Source of the DNA: Pseudomonadota bacterium
Lineage (GTDB): Bacteria > Campylobacterota > Campylobacteria > Campylobacterales > Sulfurimonadaceae
Assembly (NCBI GenBank): GCA_043797085.1
Contig: JAZDQA010000012.1
Coordinates: 96,001-160,000, forward strand
Length of the DNA stretch: 64,000 nt
Direction: 5' to 3'
The position numbers were made by a program, and so were the translations under genes. Numbering within the stretch: the first letter of the stretch is position 1; each line of letters starts with the position of its first letter. The notes beneath the pieces were generated by a model. That model searched no databases, was not told the DNA's origin, and saw only the letters and a program-made list of their open reading frames with translations. This document shows, one piece after another, positions 47,210 to 56,670 of this stretch.

Positions 47210-48043
47210 ATGGTCACAATGAACGGCGTCACCCTGCATGATCTGCACTTCAAAGATCTTCAAAATCCAATCCATCCTTCTGTTTACGAAAGCTTTAGTG
47301 ATTACCAAATATTGATCCTTAGATTACCCGAATTATGGGAGGGCAAATCGAGTATCCTCTCTCTGCGATTACCGGAATTTTGGGAAGCCAAAGGAAAGTT
47401 TCTCTCTTATGGTTTTGTCATTAGTCCAAAGGGAGTCTGCTATTACGATAAAAAAACCAATTCTTTCATTAATTACTCCGAAGGGATGAAAGATTTGTAT
47501 CATTTTTTAGATACAAAGATTGATGCCCTAATGGAGGATATGGACATGGCTCAAGAGAAAATTGCTTTTCTTGAAGAGGGGTTGTATAAAAAACACAATA
47601 GTGCTCTTATGGATCGATGGCATACCCTTAAAAAAGAGCTTTCACGTTCTGAGCGAGTTATTGTAAAAGCAGTGGACACCTTAGGACAATTTATCATAAA
47701 ATCAAAACTCACAGAAGAATCGTTAGAGAATGAATTCAATGATCTTCATGAGCATCTCGAGCGAACGCTTCGTTCCACAATTTCTGCTAATAACCAGCTC
47801 GATGATTTATACCGCTACTATAACCTTCGATCCAACGATCGGATGAATCGCAGTATCTACGTCCTCACGATTGTTTCGGTCATTTTTTTACCTCTTAATC
47901 TTGCGGTTGGTTTTTTCGGAATGAATACAGGTGGATTGCCATTTCAGGACATAAGCTTTGGAACCGTATATGCGCTTGAAAGTATGATTATTTTTGCTAT
48001 ATTGCTCATTGGTGCAGTGATTTGGAAAATAAAACAAGAATAA
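47210..48043 (+). CDS. CorA-family divalent cation transporter
   Basis: LTIVSVIFLPLNLAVGFFGMN signature; two C-terminal TM segments. Confidence 0.9.
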   Translation: MVTMNGVTLHDLHFKDLQNPIHPSVYESFSDYQILILRLPELWEGKSSILSLRLPEFWEAKGKFLSYGFVISPKGVCYYDKKTNSFINYSEGMKDLYHFLDTKIDALMEDMDMAQEKIAFLEEGLYKKHNSALMDRWHTLKKELSRSERVIVKAVDTLGQFIIKSKLTEESLENEFNDLHEHLERTLRSTISANNQLDDLYRYYNLRSNDRMNRSIYVLTIVSVIFLPLNLAVGFFGMNTGGLPFQDISFGTVYALESMIIFAILLIGAVIWKIKQE

Positions 48044-48055
48044 GATAAATGTTTT

Positions 48056-48076
48056 CCCGCATCCGTAAGATGCGGG
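48056..48076. terminator. Hairpin between the convergent corA-like and rplS genes (probable terminator)
   Basis: CCCGCATC-CGTAA-GATGCGGG perfect 8-bp stem. Confidence 0.6.
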
Positions 48077-48105
48077 TAATTTTGGGGAAGATATTCGTTT
48101 TAGTT

Positions 48106-48480
48106 TTAAACGTTACTTGTCTTAGGGCGACGAATTTCTTTGATACGTGCTTTTTTACCAGCAAGGTCACGAAGATAGAACAATTTCGCACGACGAACAC
48201 GACCACGGCGAAGTACTTCGATTTTTTCTAAGCTATCGCTGTAGATTGGGAATACACGCTCGATACCGATAGCATTTGCTCCGATTTTACGAACAGTAAT
48301 AGTACGGCCAGTGCCTTCTCCACGAATAGAGATACATACACCCTCATAACTTTGCACACGAGTTTTTTCACCCTCTGTAATGCTAACAGCAAGACGAAGT
48401 GTATCGCCTGCACGGAATAAAGGAATATCTTTCCCAGCGATTTGTGCTTGCTCGAAGCTAGCAATGTATTTATTTTTCAT
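48106..48480 (-). CDS. rplS: 50S ribosomal protein L19
   Basis: [27 protein letters not shown]. Confidence 0.97.
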   Translation of the reverse strand: MKNKYIASFEQAQIAGKDIPLFRAGDTLRLAVSITEGEKTRVQSYEGVCISIRGEGTGRTITVRKIGANAIGIERVFPIYSDSLEKIEVLRRGRVRRAKLFYLRDLAGKKARIKEIRRPKTSNV

Positions 48481-49165
48481 AAGAAGTCCTTATTTTATGC
48501 TTTAGTAGCTGTTCAGGTCTGAAATATTTTGTTTTACATTCAGACATAGCTAATTTTAGTGCTAGAATTTTACTGTGATTTCCCTTTAAATATTCTGATG
48601 GAACACCCATTTGCTCATAAATAGCTGGTTTTCCAAAAGAAGGTGCTTCTAAAAGTGGCGTTTCAAAGCTTTCATATTCAAGTGATTCACTGTTTCCAAG
48701 AACGCCGTCAATATTTCTAACAATAGCATCGCTCATAACAAGCGATGGAAGTTCACCACCGGTGAGAACATAATCACCGATACTAAACACTTCATCCGCA
48801 AAGGATTCAATCACACGTTCATCGATTCCCTCGTACCGTCCGCTAACAAAAACAACATGCTCTCTCAAAGCAAGACGCTTGGCATCGTTTTGGGTAAATT
48901 GCTTCCCAACGGGTGCTGCAAAAATGATATACGCATCGTCATCCAACGTATTAAGCGCATCAAAAAGAGGCTGAGGGGTCATAACCATCCCAGCACCTCC
49001 ACCTACTGCCGTATCATCAACCTTGGAGTGTTTTGATGCACTGTAATCTCTAGGATTGAGATACGCTACTTCAAACTTTCCTGATTCAATGGCGCGCTTC
49101 AAAATAGAATCTTGAAAATAACCTTCTATCAGATTAGAGAAAAGGGTAACATACGTGAATCGCAT
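48470..49165 (-). CDS. trmD: tRNA (guanine-N1)-methyltransferase
   Basis: [29 protein letters not shown]. Confidence 0.96.
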   Translation of the reverse strand: MRFTYVTLFSNLIEGYFQDSILKRAIESGKFEVAYLNPRDYSASKHSKVDDTAVGGGAGMVMTPQPLFDALNTLDDDAYIIFAAPVGKQFTQNDAKRLALREHVVFVSGRYEGIDERVIESFADEVFSIGDYVLTGGELPSLVMSDAIVRNIDGVLGNSESLEYESFETPLLEAPSFGKPAIYEQMGVPSEYLKGNHSKILALKLAMSECKTKYFRPEQLLKHKIRTSYEK

Positions 49166-49720
49166 TTATGATGCCTCAAGTAAATCGACACCACCGTCTA
49201 CACTTATTTTCTTCATCTCTAAATCAATTTTTAGTACAAAACGATCAATATAAGGGATTAGAAACGTAGCAGGAAACTCTTGTAAAACCAAAGCATTATC
49301 CGTCTTAATAAACAGGTAATCCTGTGGTCCAATCCGCTCAACTTCAATAACGGTTCCCAAAAGTTTTTCACCTTCAAAGACATTAAGTCCCGGTAAATCA
49401 AACCAAAAGAACTCCCCCTCAGCAAGCTTACAACGATCACGAGTTGCTTCATGTGTGGTAAATAGCTTTGCATTAGTCAGAGCTTTTGCCGTTTCGGGGA
49501 TATCGTATCCCACAATATGCGCAAGCTCTCGATCAGGGTTATAACTTTGGAGAGTTATGGTTTTACCGTTTTCTAAATCAAAGGCTGCACCTTTGGCAAA
49601 TTGTTCCGGAAAATCCGTATGAAGATTGAGTTTTATATCGCCCTTAAGTCCTACTACGCGACCCAGTGTGGCGACATGTAGAAGATCAGGATTAGGAGAA
49701 TTACGAAAGCGGTTCGACAT
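49166..49720 (-). CDS. rimM: Ribosome maturation factor RimM
   Basis: GRVVGLKG, EGEFFWFDL, FLIPY; operon position. Confidence 0.9.
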   Translation of the reverse strand: MSNRFRNSPNPDLLHVATLGRVVGLKGDIKLNLHTDFPEQFAKGAAFDLENGKTITLQSYNPDRELAHIVGYDIPETAKALTNAKLFTTHEATRDRCKLAEGEFFWFDLPGLNVFEGEKLLGTVIEVERIGPQDYLFIKTDNALVLQEFPATFLIPYIDRFVLKIDLEMKKISVDGGVDLLEAS

Positions 49721-49940
49721 TGATACGATAACTCTTTCCATCTTTGGCCTTACAACCAGAAATGACAGTTTTGATCGCACCGATCATCTTTCCCTCTTTA
49801 CCGATGAGCTTACCTACATCGGCTTGATTAGCGTACAATAAAATTTCTGTTACTTCATCGCGCTCGTAAAATTCCACTCGAACATCCTCAGGATAGGTGG
49901 CAACTAGCTTGGCAAAACCAGCGACGAAGTCAGCAATCAT
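49701..49940 (-). CDS. khpA: KH-domain RNA-binding protein (KhpA family)
   Basis: DVGKLIGKEGK motif; between rpsP and rimM. Confidence 0.88.
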   Translation of the reverse strand: MIADFVAGFAKLVATYPEDVRVEFYERDEVTEILLYANQADVGKLIGKEGKMIGAIKTVISGCKAKDGKSYRINVEPLS

Positions 49941-49942
49941 AC

Positions 49943-50173
49943 TTATTTACCTGTAATTTTTTTAACGCGATCTGACATTTGAGCACCAACGCTCATCCAA
50001 TACGTAAGACGCTCTTCATCAACTTTAACCGTAATAGGGTCAGTCATTGGGTTATAATAACCGATCAATTCAATCCAACCACCATCACGACGCTTACGGC
50101 TGTCTGTTACTGCGATACGGTAGAAAGGTTGTTTTTTACGACCCATACGGGTTAGACGAATGACTGTTGCCAT
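49943..50173 (-). CDS. rpsP: 30S ribosomal protein S16
   Basis: [29 protein letters not shown]. Confidence 0.97.
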   Translation of the reverse strand: MATVIRLTRMGRKKQPFYRIAVTDSRKRRDGGWIELIGYYNPMTDPITVKVDEERLTYWMSVGAQMSDRVKKITGK

Positions 50174-50261
50174 TTTAGATCCTTTTAAATAATATTTTGC
50201 GCACAGTTACTTTGAAGAGTGTTTTGCCCATAAAAGCAAAAAAAAACCACAAAATGACTAG

Positions 50262-50303
50262 AACGCTAAGTCAGAGATTTCGAAAAATCTCCTGCTTAAC
50301 GTT
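50262..50303. other. Long hairpin immediately after the ffh stop codon
   Basis: AACGCTAAG-TCAG-AGATTT-CGAA-AAATCT-CCTG-CTTAACGTT. Confidence 0.55.
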
Positions 50304-51649
50304 TAGCGTGGAATCCGCTGACCTTGCATTTGCCCCATCATGCTTTGCAAATCTTTCATCCCCTGTTTACCAGAAAATCTTTTTGCCATTTTAGAAGCAT
50401 TTTTAAACTGCTTCAGAATACGGTTAACATCTACGATATTCAAACCGCATCCCATAGCCAAACGTGCTTTTCGGCTATTGTTCAGCAATTCAGGATCTTC
50501 ACGTTCTTTCATCGTCATCGATGAGACCAATGCTTTAATCCGTTTCAACTCGCCTGAGTTTTCCAGATCAAAATCTTTGAGCGCCGATGCCATGCCACCC
50601 ATCCCGGGAATCATTCCCATAATGGATTTCATGCTCCCCATTTTTTTGAGGCTTTCCATTTGCTCTAGGAAGTCATTAAAATTGAACTCCCCTTTTTTGA
50701 TCTTTTTGGTGAGCTGTTTTGCTTTTTTTTCATCGATGATTGAAGCCGTTTTTTCCGCAAGCCCTTCAATATCCCCAAGCCCCATAAGGCGGTTGACGAT
50801 ACGGTCGGGTAAGAAGATTTCCAAATCTTCCATCTTCTCACCTGCACCGATAAAGCGTAACGGCACTTGAATCTGAGAGGCGATACCCAGTGCAACACCA
50901 CCCTTAGAATCTCCATCGTATTTGGTGAGGATGACTCCATCGATACCGATTTTTTGGTTAAACAAATCCGCAGTACGCACCGCATCTTGACCTGCTAACG
51001 AATCGGCAACATAGAAAATTTCATGAGGGCTTGCAGCACGCTTGACCTCAGCTAACTCATCCATAAGGGCATCATCAATCGCTAAACGTCCTGCCGTGTC
51101 AATCAACACAACATCAACAAGAAGTTTTTGAGCATAGGCAATAGCACCCTTGACTACGTCAGCTGGGTTTTTGGTTGTTTCATCGCTGTAAAGCTCAACT
51201 TCAATCCCTGCGCACACTTGACGAAGCTGCTCTACCGCCGCAAGACGCTGTAAGTCTGCCGCAACAACCAAGACCCTTTTCTTTTGACGAATCTTGAGGT
51301 AATTTGCAAGCTTACCCGTCGTGGTTGTTTTCCCTGAACCTTGCAAGCCGGTCATCAAAATAACCGTAGGCGATTGTGGTGCGTATACGAAGCCCGAATT
51401 TCCCTTGACCTTCAAAAGCTCATACAATGAACTTCGAAGCGCATCTAGAAATTGATCTTTACCGATACCGTTTTGTTTTACTTGAAGTTCAACCGAATCA
51501 ATAAGATCTTTCACCACTTTGTGATGAACATCTGCTTTTAATAACGCTTTCTTAAGCTCGCCCAATGCCTTGGTGAGTGCTTTTTCATCGTCATGAAAAC
51601 GAATCTTGCGTATGGCAGATGTAAATGATTCGGTGAGCGTATCAAACAC
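50303..51649 (-). CDS. ffh: Signal recognition particle protein
   Basis: GLQGSGKTTT, DTAGR, TKYDGDSKGG, Met-rich M domain; GTG start. Confidence 0.97.
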   Translation of the reverse strand: MFDTLTESFTSAIRKIRFHDDEKALTKALGELKKALLKADVHHKVVKDLIDSVELQVKQNGIGKDQFLDALRSSLYELLKVKGNSGFVYAPQSPTVILMTGLQGSGKTTTTGKLANYLKIRQKKRVLVVAADLQRLAAVEQLRQVCAGIEVELYSDETTKNPADVVKGAIAYAQKLLVDVVLIDTAGRLAIDDALMDELAEVKRAASPHEIFYVADSLAGQDAVRTADLFNQKIGIDGVILTKYDGDSKGGVALGIASQIQVPLRFIGAGEKMEDLEIFLPDRIVNRLMGLGDIEGLAEKTASIIDEKKAKQLTKKIKKGEFNFNDFLEQMESLKKMGSMKSIMGMIPGMGGMASALKDFDLENSGELKRIKALVSSMTMKEREDPELLNNSRKARLAMGCGLNIVDVNRILKQFKNASKMAKRFSGKQGMKDLQSMMGQMQGQRIPR

Positions 51650-51729
51650 TTGAACTCCTAAATAGTACGGTTACAGGGTATAAAAAGTTTCGCATTATAG
51701 CTAAAGTTGCCTTTAGCTACGCTTTTTAT

Positions 51730-51805
51730 TTTGAACGCCGTTAGAGCAAAGCTCCAACGTCTACGCTAGCCGCTATGGCACTAAAGCTTGCCTTTTCAAG
51801 GCAGA
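51730..51805. repeat. Dispersed three-hairpin intergenic element, copy B
   Basis: TTTGAACGC...CTACGCTAGCCGCTATGGCACTAAAGCTTG...GGCAGA; core is 27/30 identical to 41311-41340. Confidence 0.75.
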
Positions 51806-51826
51806 TAAAAGTCAAAAAATTTAACC

Positions 51827-52564
51827 TCAACTACCGAAATGTCCAAATATTTTAGGCTCTGACGCTATAAATGTCAATCCCAGAATCTCCACTTTTTTAG
51901 CGTGTAACATAACGCGCTTCGCCTGACGTCCACCGTAGCTCTCATCGCCTACTATCGGATGAAGCGCGTATTTCATGTGTGCACGGATTTGGTGCGTTCG
52001 TCCATGATGGATAATCAGTTGAACTTTCGTCTTTTTTCCTGATACTTCCAGAGGGGTTACTTCGGTAATCGCGGGCTTACCGTTTTTGGCTACTTTCGTA
52101 TACGCCTTGTTCCCTTTTTTCTCCGTAATAAGAGGCTGGTCGATGACAAACGGCTCACTTATGATACCATCTACCCATGCGACATACTCTTTATAGACGT
52201 TATCTTTTTTAAACTCGCCGATAGCTTTGAGGCGGTATTCCTCATTTTTAACCAACATCAAGACGCCACTTGTTTCACGGTCAAGTCTGTGAAGAAGCTG
52301 TGAACCTTTAAATTGTCGCTCAATCTCATCGGAGTTGACAAAGGCAGGCTTATCAATGACAATCAGATTGTCATCTTCGTATATCGGGTGAGCTTTTTCT
52401 ACCTTTTGAACGATAAAAGTGGTTTTAGCACTGATTTCACCCCGCGCGATCAACACCTTGGAATTACCCACATAGACCAATCCACGGTCAATTAGTGATT
52501 TTGCTTCGGAATTGCTGATTCCCTCTTGTGCTGCTAAGAGCTTGTATGCTTTTGGTTTTTCCAT
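51827..52564 (-). CDS. RluA-family pseudouridine synthase with S4-like N-terminus
   Basis: IDKPA, HRLDRETSG, GRTHQIRAH, PIVGDESYG. Confidence 0.92.
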   Translation of the reverse strand: MEKPKAYKLLAAQEGISNSEAKSLIDRGLVYVGNSKVLIARGEISAKTTFIVQKVEKAHPIYEDDNLIVIDKPAFVNSDEIERQFKGSQLLHRLDRETSGVLMLVKNEEYRLKAIGEFKKDNVYKEYVAWVDGIISEPFVIDQPLITEKKGNKAYTKVAKNGKPAITEVTPLEVSGKKTKVQLIIHHGRTHQIRAHMKYALHPIVGDESYGGRQAKRVMLHAKKVEILGLTFIASEPKIFGHFGS

Positions 52565-52618
52565 TTTATCGTCCTCAGGTTGATTTTCAATCCGTTTATT
52601 TTTGGAATTATAGCACTA

Positions 52619-53791
52619 TCACGCTTTAACTCTAACAGTTGAGCGTAAACACTCCATCACCCTATCCAAATCAATGGTTGCATTTACCTGTGATGGTGGT
52701 AATGTTTCGGCAATATACAGGGCTTCAGTAATCTCCTCTACATCCACAAACTGAACATGAGACACGTATTTAAATAACTCACGCTGTAAAAATATCTGTT
52801 TACCCGTAATAATCTTGCATCCAAAATGAGCAGGTTCTAGGGGATTATGTCCACCGATGGGGGAAAATGCTCCTCCCAAAATCGCTATGTCACTGATGGC
52901 ATAGAGGTTGTTAAGTTCACCCATGGCATCGATGAGGGTAATATCGGCATCCATCGTTTGAGTTTGGCTCCAGCGTGAAAAACTATTATTTGGAGCAATT
53001 CGTGTAATTAATTCTGCTACTTTAGTAAAACGTTCGGGATGGCGGGGGACGATGAGGAGTTTTACATGAGGATTTCTAACGCGGTACTCCATAAAGCCCC
53101 GTACAATTCCCTCCTCTTCCCCCTCATGGGTACTTCCCGCAACAATCAATAATCCATCGGGTTTCGGATACTCTTTGGTTGCTTCGATCTTTTGCGCCAG
53201 CTTGATGTTTCCGACCACTTCGACATTGTGAGCACCCAACGCAATGAAACGCGCCATATCCTCACTGCTTTGACATAAAATACGGTCGCATTTTTCAAAT
53301 AATCTCGCATAAAACCATCGCATTTTATAGTATTTTGGAAAACTTCGATCACTGATACGGGCATTGAGGGCAATGACCCGTGCGCCTCGGAGGGTACAAA
53401 TACTAAATAAAAGATACCAAAACTCTGCTTCTAAGATGACGACGGTTTTAGGAGTACGTATCCAAAACCATAACCATGGCTCAAAAGGGAGATAACGTAC
53501 CTCTGCGGTGTATTTGGATGCAGCTTCGTATCCGGTGTGGGTAATGACACTGATAGCGATTTTAAGCCCTTTTAAGCGCTCTACTATCGGGGCGATAGCT
53601 TTGGCTTCTCCTAAAGAGCAAACATGAAACCAAATATCATGATCTTTGAAGGGACGATTGTTATAGAAAAAAAAGCGAGAGGGGATAGAAGAACGGTATT
53701 TTTTTTTAAAGGATAGAAAAATAATAAAAGGAAGAGCCACCATAAAAAGAACGGTGGCTAATAAGGTATAAAAAAGGTCAAACACCTTCAC
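52619..53791 (-). CDS. waaA: 3-deoxy-D-manno-octulosonic acid transferase
   Basis: WFHVCSLGE, NARISDRS, GSTHEGEE, VPRHPERF, GGHNPLEP. Confidence 0.94.
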   Translation of the reverse strand: MKVFDLFYTLLATVLFMVALPFIIFLSFKKKYRSSIPSRFFFYNNRPFKDHDIWFHVCSLGEAKAIAPIVERLKGLKIAISVITHTGYEAASKYTAEVRYLPFEPWLWFWIRTPKTVVILEAEFWYLLFSICTLRGARVIALNARISDRSFPKYYKMRWFYARLFEKCDRILCQSSEDMARFIALGAHNVEVVGNIKLAQKIEATKEYPKPDGLLIVAGSTHEGEEEGIVRGFMEYRVRNPHVKLLIVPRHPERFTKVAELITRIAPNNSFSRWSQTQTMDADITLIDAMGELNNLYAISDIAILGGAFSPIGGHNPLEPAHFGCKIITGKQIFLQRELFKYVSHVQFVDVEEITEALYIAETLPPSQVNATIDLDRVMECLRSTVRVKA

Positions 53792-53799
53792 GAAAAGAT

Positions 53800-54525
53800 T
53801 TACGCACCCATCTCTTCAGTAACAGGCTCAAGATACAAAAGACGTCCACAGTGTGGGCACATTGTAATCTCTTCACCTTTGATGACTTCGGAATACACTT
53901 TGTCACTCAACGCCATGTAGCATCCCATACACGCTTGATTACGAACCGGTACGGCTGTCGTGTTTTTCGCCCAACGACGAATTTTTTGATAAAAAGAGAG
54001 CCCTTTTTGATTCATTGCACCAACAAGAATCTCTTTTTTAGCAAATATTACTTTACGTTCTTCATCAATTCGTGCCAATTTGACATCAACATCCGCTTTT
54101 ACTCCAGAAAGTTTCCCTTCTACTTCGGATGCTTTTGTCTCAAGTTCTTCGATTTTTGCTTTTTTGTGATCGATAAGTTTTTCCAAACGTCCAATCTCTT
54201 CATTGGCAAAATTAACTTGCTCTTTTGCAATTTCTTCTTCAAGTTGAAGTGATTTCATCTCGCGTTCGGTTTTGATTTCAGCGCTTTTTTTGCTGTTGTC
54301 TTCCAATTTTGCAGAAAGTTCTGCAAGGTGAAGCTCATTTTTTTGCTTCTTGACTTGCTCATCTTTGATCTCATTAGAGAGGGTTGAAATCTCATTTACC
54401 AAAGCTGTTTTTGTGGCTAAAAGAGCGTCGTACTGAAGGTTTGCTTCGTCAATTTGTGGCTCGAACGCATCGATCTCTTTGTCAATCAACGACAAGTCGA
54501 TTAGCTGCTCTAAATGTTTGTTCAT
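53800..54525 (-). CDS. Coiled-coil plus C4 zinc-ribbon protein (HP0958/CT398-like)
   Basis: Long coiled coil then CMGC...CPHCGRLL; downstream of nif3. Confidence 0.88.
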   Translation of the reverse strand: MNKHLEQLIDLSLIDKEIDAFEPQIDEANLQYDALLATKTALVNEISTLSNEIKDEQVKKQKNELHLAELSAKLEDNSKKSAEIKTEREMKSLQLEEEIAKEQVNFANEEIGRLEKLIDHKKAKIEELETKASEVEGKLSGVKADVDVKLARIDEERKVIFAKKEILVGAMNQKGLSFYQKIRRWAKNTTAVPVRNQACMGCYMALSDKVYSEVIKGEEITMCPHCGRLLYLEPVTEEMGA

Positions 54526-54552
54526 AATGTGCCTTTTTGGGGGTGCTTCATC

Positions 54553-55275
54553 TCAATGGTAAGAGAATGGGTTTTTTGATGGTGAAATTATAACACTCAA
54601 ACCTAATTTTTCCAAGTGTGTTGCCAATATCTCTCCAAAATAGCATTCACTTTCATAATGACCAATGTCCAGCATCGACAATTCAAGGGCTTTTGCTTCC
54701 ATCGCATCATGGTATTTTATGTCTCCGGTTAAAAAACAATCTGCTTGGATATTTCGCATTAATGATGCACCGGAACCGGTTACCAAAGCACACGAACGGA
54801 TATGATCATGACACTGTACGCTTCGAATATGGTCAAGCCCCATCGCTTTTTTGATTTTAGATGCAAAAAGTTCAAACGGTTCATCCACTCCTAAATAGGC
54901 GACAAATCCCTCTTTGGCAATGATCTCATACCCTAATACTTTTGTCGCAACGTATTCGTTGAGATGGGTCTGATCAAAGTTTGTGTGCATGGCGATGTTG
55001 GAAATATTTTTACGAATCATCGGGGCGAGAAGTTTGGCGGGATATTGGTTAAATTGTAACTGCTTGAGTCCTCCGAAGATAAGGGGATGATGAGTGATAA
55101 GCAACGCATTATCTGGAAGAGATTCAAGCAATCCTTCATCCAAATCAATCGAAAGAACGACCGTCGAAATCTCCTGAGTAAAATCACCGACCAACAGTCC
55201 TGAATTATCCCAACTTTCTTGAAGTGCAAAAGGGGAAAGTTCATCTAAAAAGGTGTAGATTTCTCGTACCGTCAT
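54553..55275 (-). CDS. Nif3-like dinuclear metal-centre protein
   Basis: WDNSGLLVG, ITHHPLIF, MHTNFD, TGDIKYH, GHYESE. Confidence 0.92.
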   Translation of the reverse strand: MTVREIYTFLDELSPFALQESWDNSGLLVGDFTQEISTVVLSIDLDEGLLESLPDNALLITHHPLIFGGLKQLQFNQYPAKLLAPMIRKNISNIAMHTNFDQTHLNEYVATKVLGYEIIAKEGFVAYLGVDEPFELFASKIKKAMGLDHIRSVQCHDHIRSCALVTGSGASLMRNIQADCFLTGDIKYHDAMEAKALELSMLDIGHYESECYFGEILATHLEKLGLSVIISPSKNPFSYH

Positions 55276-56015
55276 TTTTCATAACTCCTTTTCTTGCGCT
55301 TTACTCTCACATGAATGGACTGAGAGCCAGAAAGTGGATCGGAATATTTGAACTCAAACTCTCCTAATCCTTCGATCAAATCGACCAATTTTTTGTATCC
55401 AAAACTGCGTGGGTCAAATTCGGGAGATTTGTTGATCAAGTTTTGTCCTATTGCCCCCATATACGACCACCCTGCTTCGTTTGTTGTATCTTCAACCGCA
55501 TTACGTACCAATTCTAAAAGGGCTTTTGTATCGTGCTTGACGGTAGAGGGAGCGATCGGAGCAGTTGTGGCAGAAGAACGACGGAGATTTTCGGTATAGA
55601 TAAATTTATCACACGCACCGATAAACGATTTAGGTGTTTTTTGCTCACCAAAGCCGTACACTTTAATCCCAGATTCCCGAATACGGCTGGCAAGCCTCGT
55701 AAAGTCACTGTCACTGGAAACAATGCAAAAACCGTCAAAATTTTTCGTATACAGTAAATCCATTGCATCGATGATCATGGCGCTATCCGTCGCGTTTTTC
55801 CCTGTTGTGTAGGCGAATTGCTGCATCGGATGAAGTCCGTGTTCAAGCAACACATTTTTCCACCCCTTGAGCTTTACGTCTGTCCAATCCCCATAAATAC
55901 GTTTGACACTCGCTACGCCGTGTCCCGCGATTTCATCGAGTAAGCCGGCAATGATAGAGGGCTGAGAATTATCCGCATCGATCAATACCGCCAAGCGGGC
56001 TTGGTTTTGATTCAC
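55272..56015 (-). CDS. NYN (LabA/DUF88) domain protein with C-terminal OST-HTH/LOTUS domain
   Basis: LIDADN, KRIYGDW, GKNATD, IVSSDSDF, FDPRSFGYKKL. Confidence 0.9.
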   Translation of the reverse strand: MNQNQARLAVLIDADNSQPSIIAGLLDEIAGHGVASVKRIYGDWTDVKLKGWKNVLLEHGLHPMQQFAYTTGKNATDSAMIIDAMDLLYTKNFDGFCIVSSDSDFTRLASRIRESGIKVYGFGEQKTPKSFIGACDKFIYTENLRRSSATTAPIAPSTVKHDTKALLELVRNAVEDTTNEAGWSYMGAIGQNLINKSPEFDPRSFGYKKLVDLIEGLGEFEFKYSDPLSGSQSIHVRVKRKKRSYEK

Positions 56016-56608
56016 TTAGCCTCCTTTAATTGCTCCAGCGCTTCGCGTGCTTCTTTAAAATCTTCTTGTAAAGCAAGTGCTTTCAAATACATCTGCTCTG
56101 CTCTCTCAACGTTTCCTTTGTCATTAAAGAGATTTCCATAGTTATAGTAGGTTACTGCGTATTTTGTATCTATGGCAAGTGCTTTTTCATAGTGTTCTTG
56201 TGCGTGTTCAAAATCACCTTGGGCTTTATATATGGATGCTATGGCTAAATGAGTTAAGTCATCCGTCGCATCAAGTTCCAAGGAACGGCTGTAGAGAGAA
56301 ATTGCTTCTTCTGTATTTCCCATCTTGCCATTGATAAAGGCACGTTTGTTAAGAATTTCAGTGTTATTTGGAAATTGGGTATTCGCGCGGTTAAGTTTCT
56401 CCAACGCACGCTCAAAATCTCCCTCACTGTACGCTTCATCAGCTTCTACGATTAAATCCGCTGAGTTATCTATCAAAACATCCTTGGTCGAAATCGGTTC
56501 TGACGCTTCATTTTTTGGGGCAGGATCTTCCAATGTTTGAACGTGACGATAAATCTGGTAAGCAAAAAATACGGTTGCACCCAACATAATAATGGCAAAT
56601 ATACTCAT
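56012..56608 (-). CDS. Membrane-anchored tetratricopeptide repeat protein
   Basis: N-terminal TM; repeated TPR motifs (EAISLYSRSLELD, AQEHYEKALAID); SD AAGGAG. Confidence 0.85.
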   Translation of the reverse strand: MSIFAIIMLGATVFFAYQIYRHVQTLEDPAPKNEASEPISTKDVLIDNSADLIVEADEAYSEGDFERALEKLNRANTQFPNNTEILNKRAFINGKMGNTEEAISLYSRSLELDATDDLTHLAIASIYKAQGDFEHAQEHYEKALAIDTKYAVTYYNYGNLFNDKGNVERAEQMYLKALALQEDFKEAREALEQLKEAK

Positions 56609-56670
56609 AGAACTCCTTTTTGTAATCAAAGTATACTATAATCGCAACAACATAATAATAGGTACACAGC

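Noticed and set aside
50340..50870. Long antisense ORFs (e.g. 176 aa opposite ffh, 158 aa opposite the biotin carboxylase)
   Set aside because: Shadow ORFs of conserved genes with no SD or recognisable motifs
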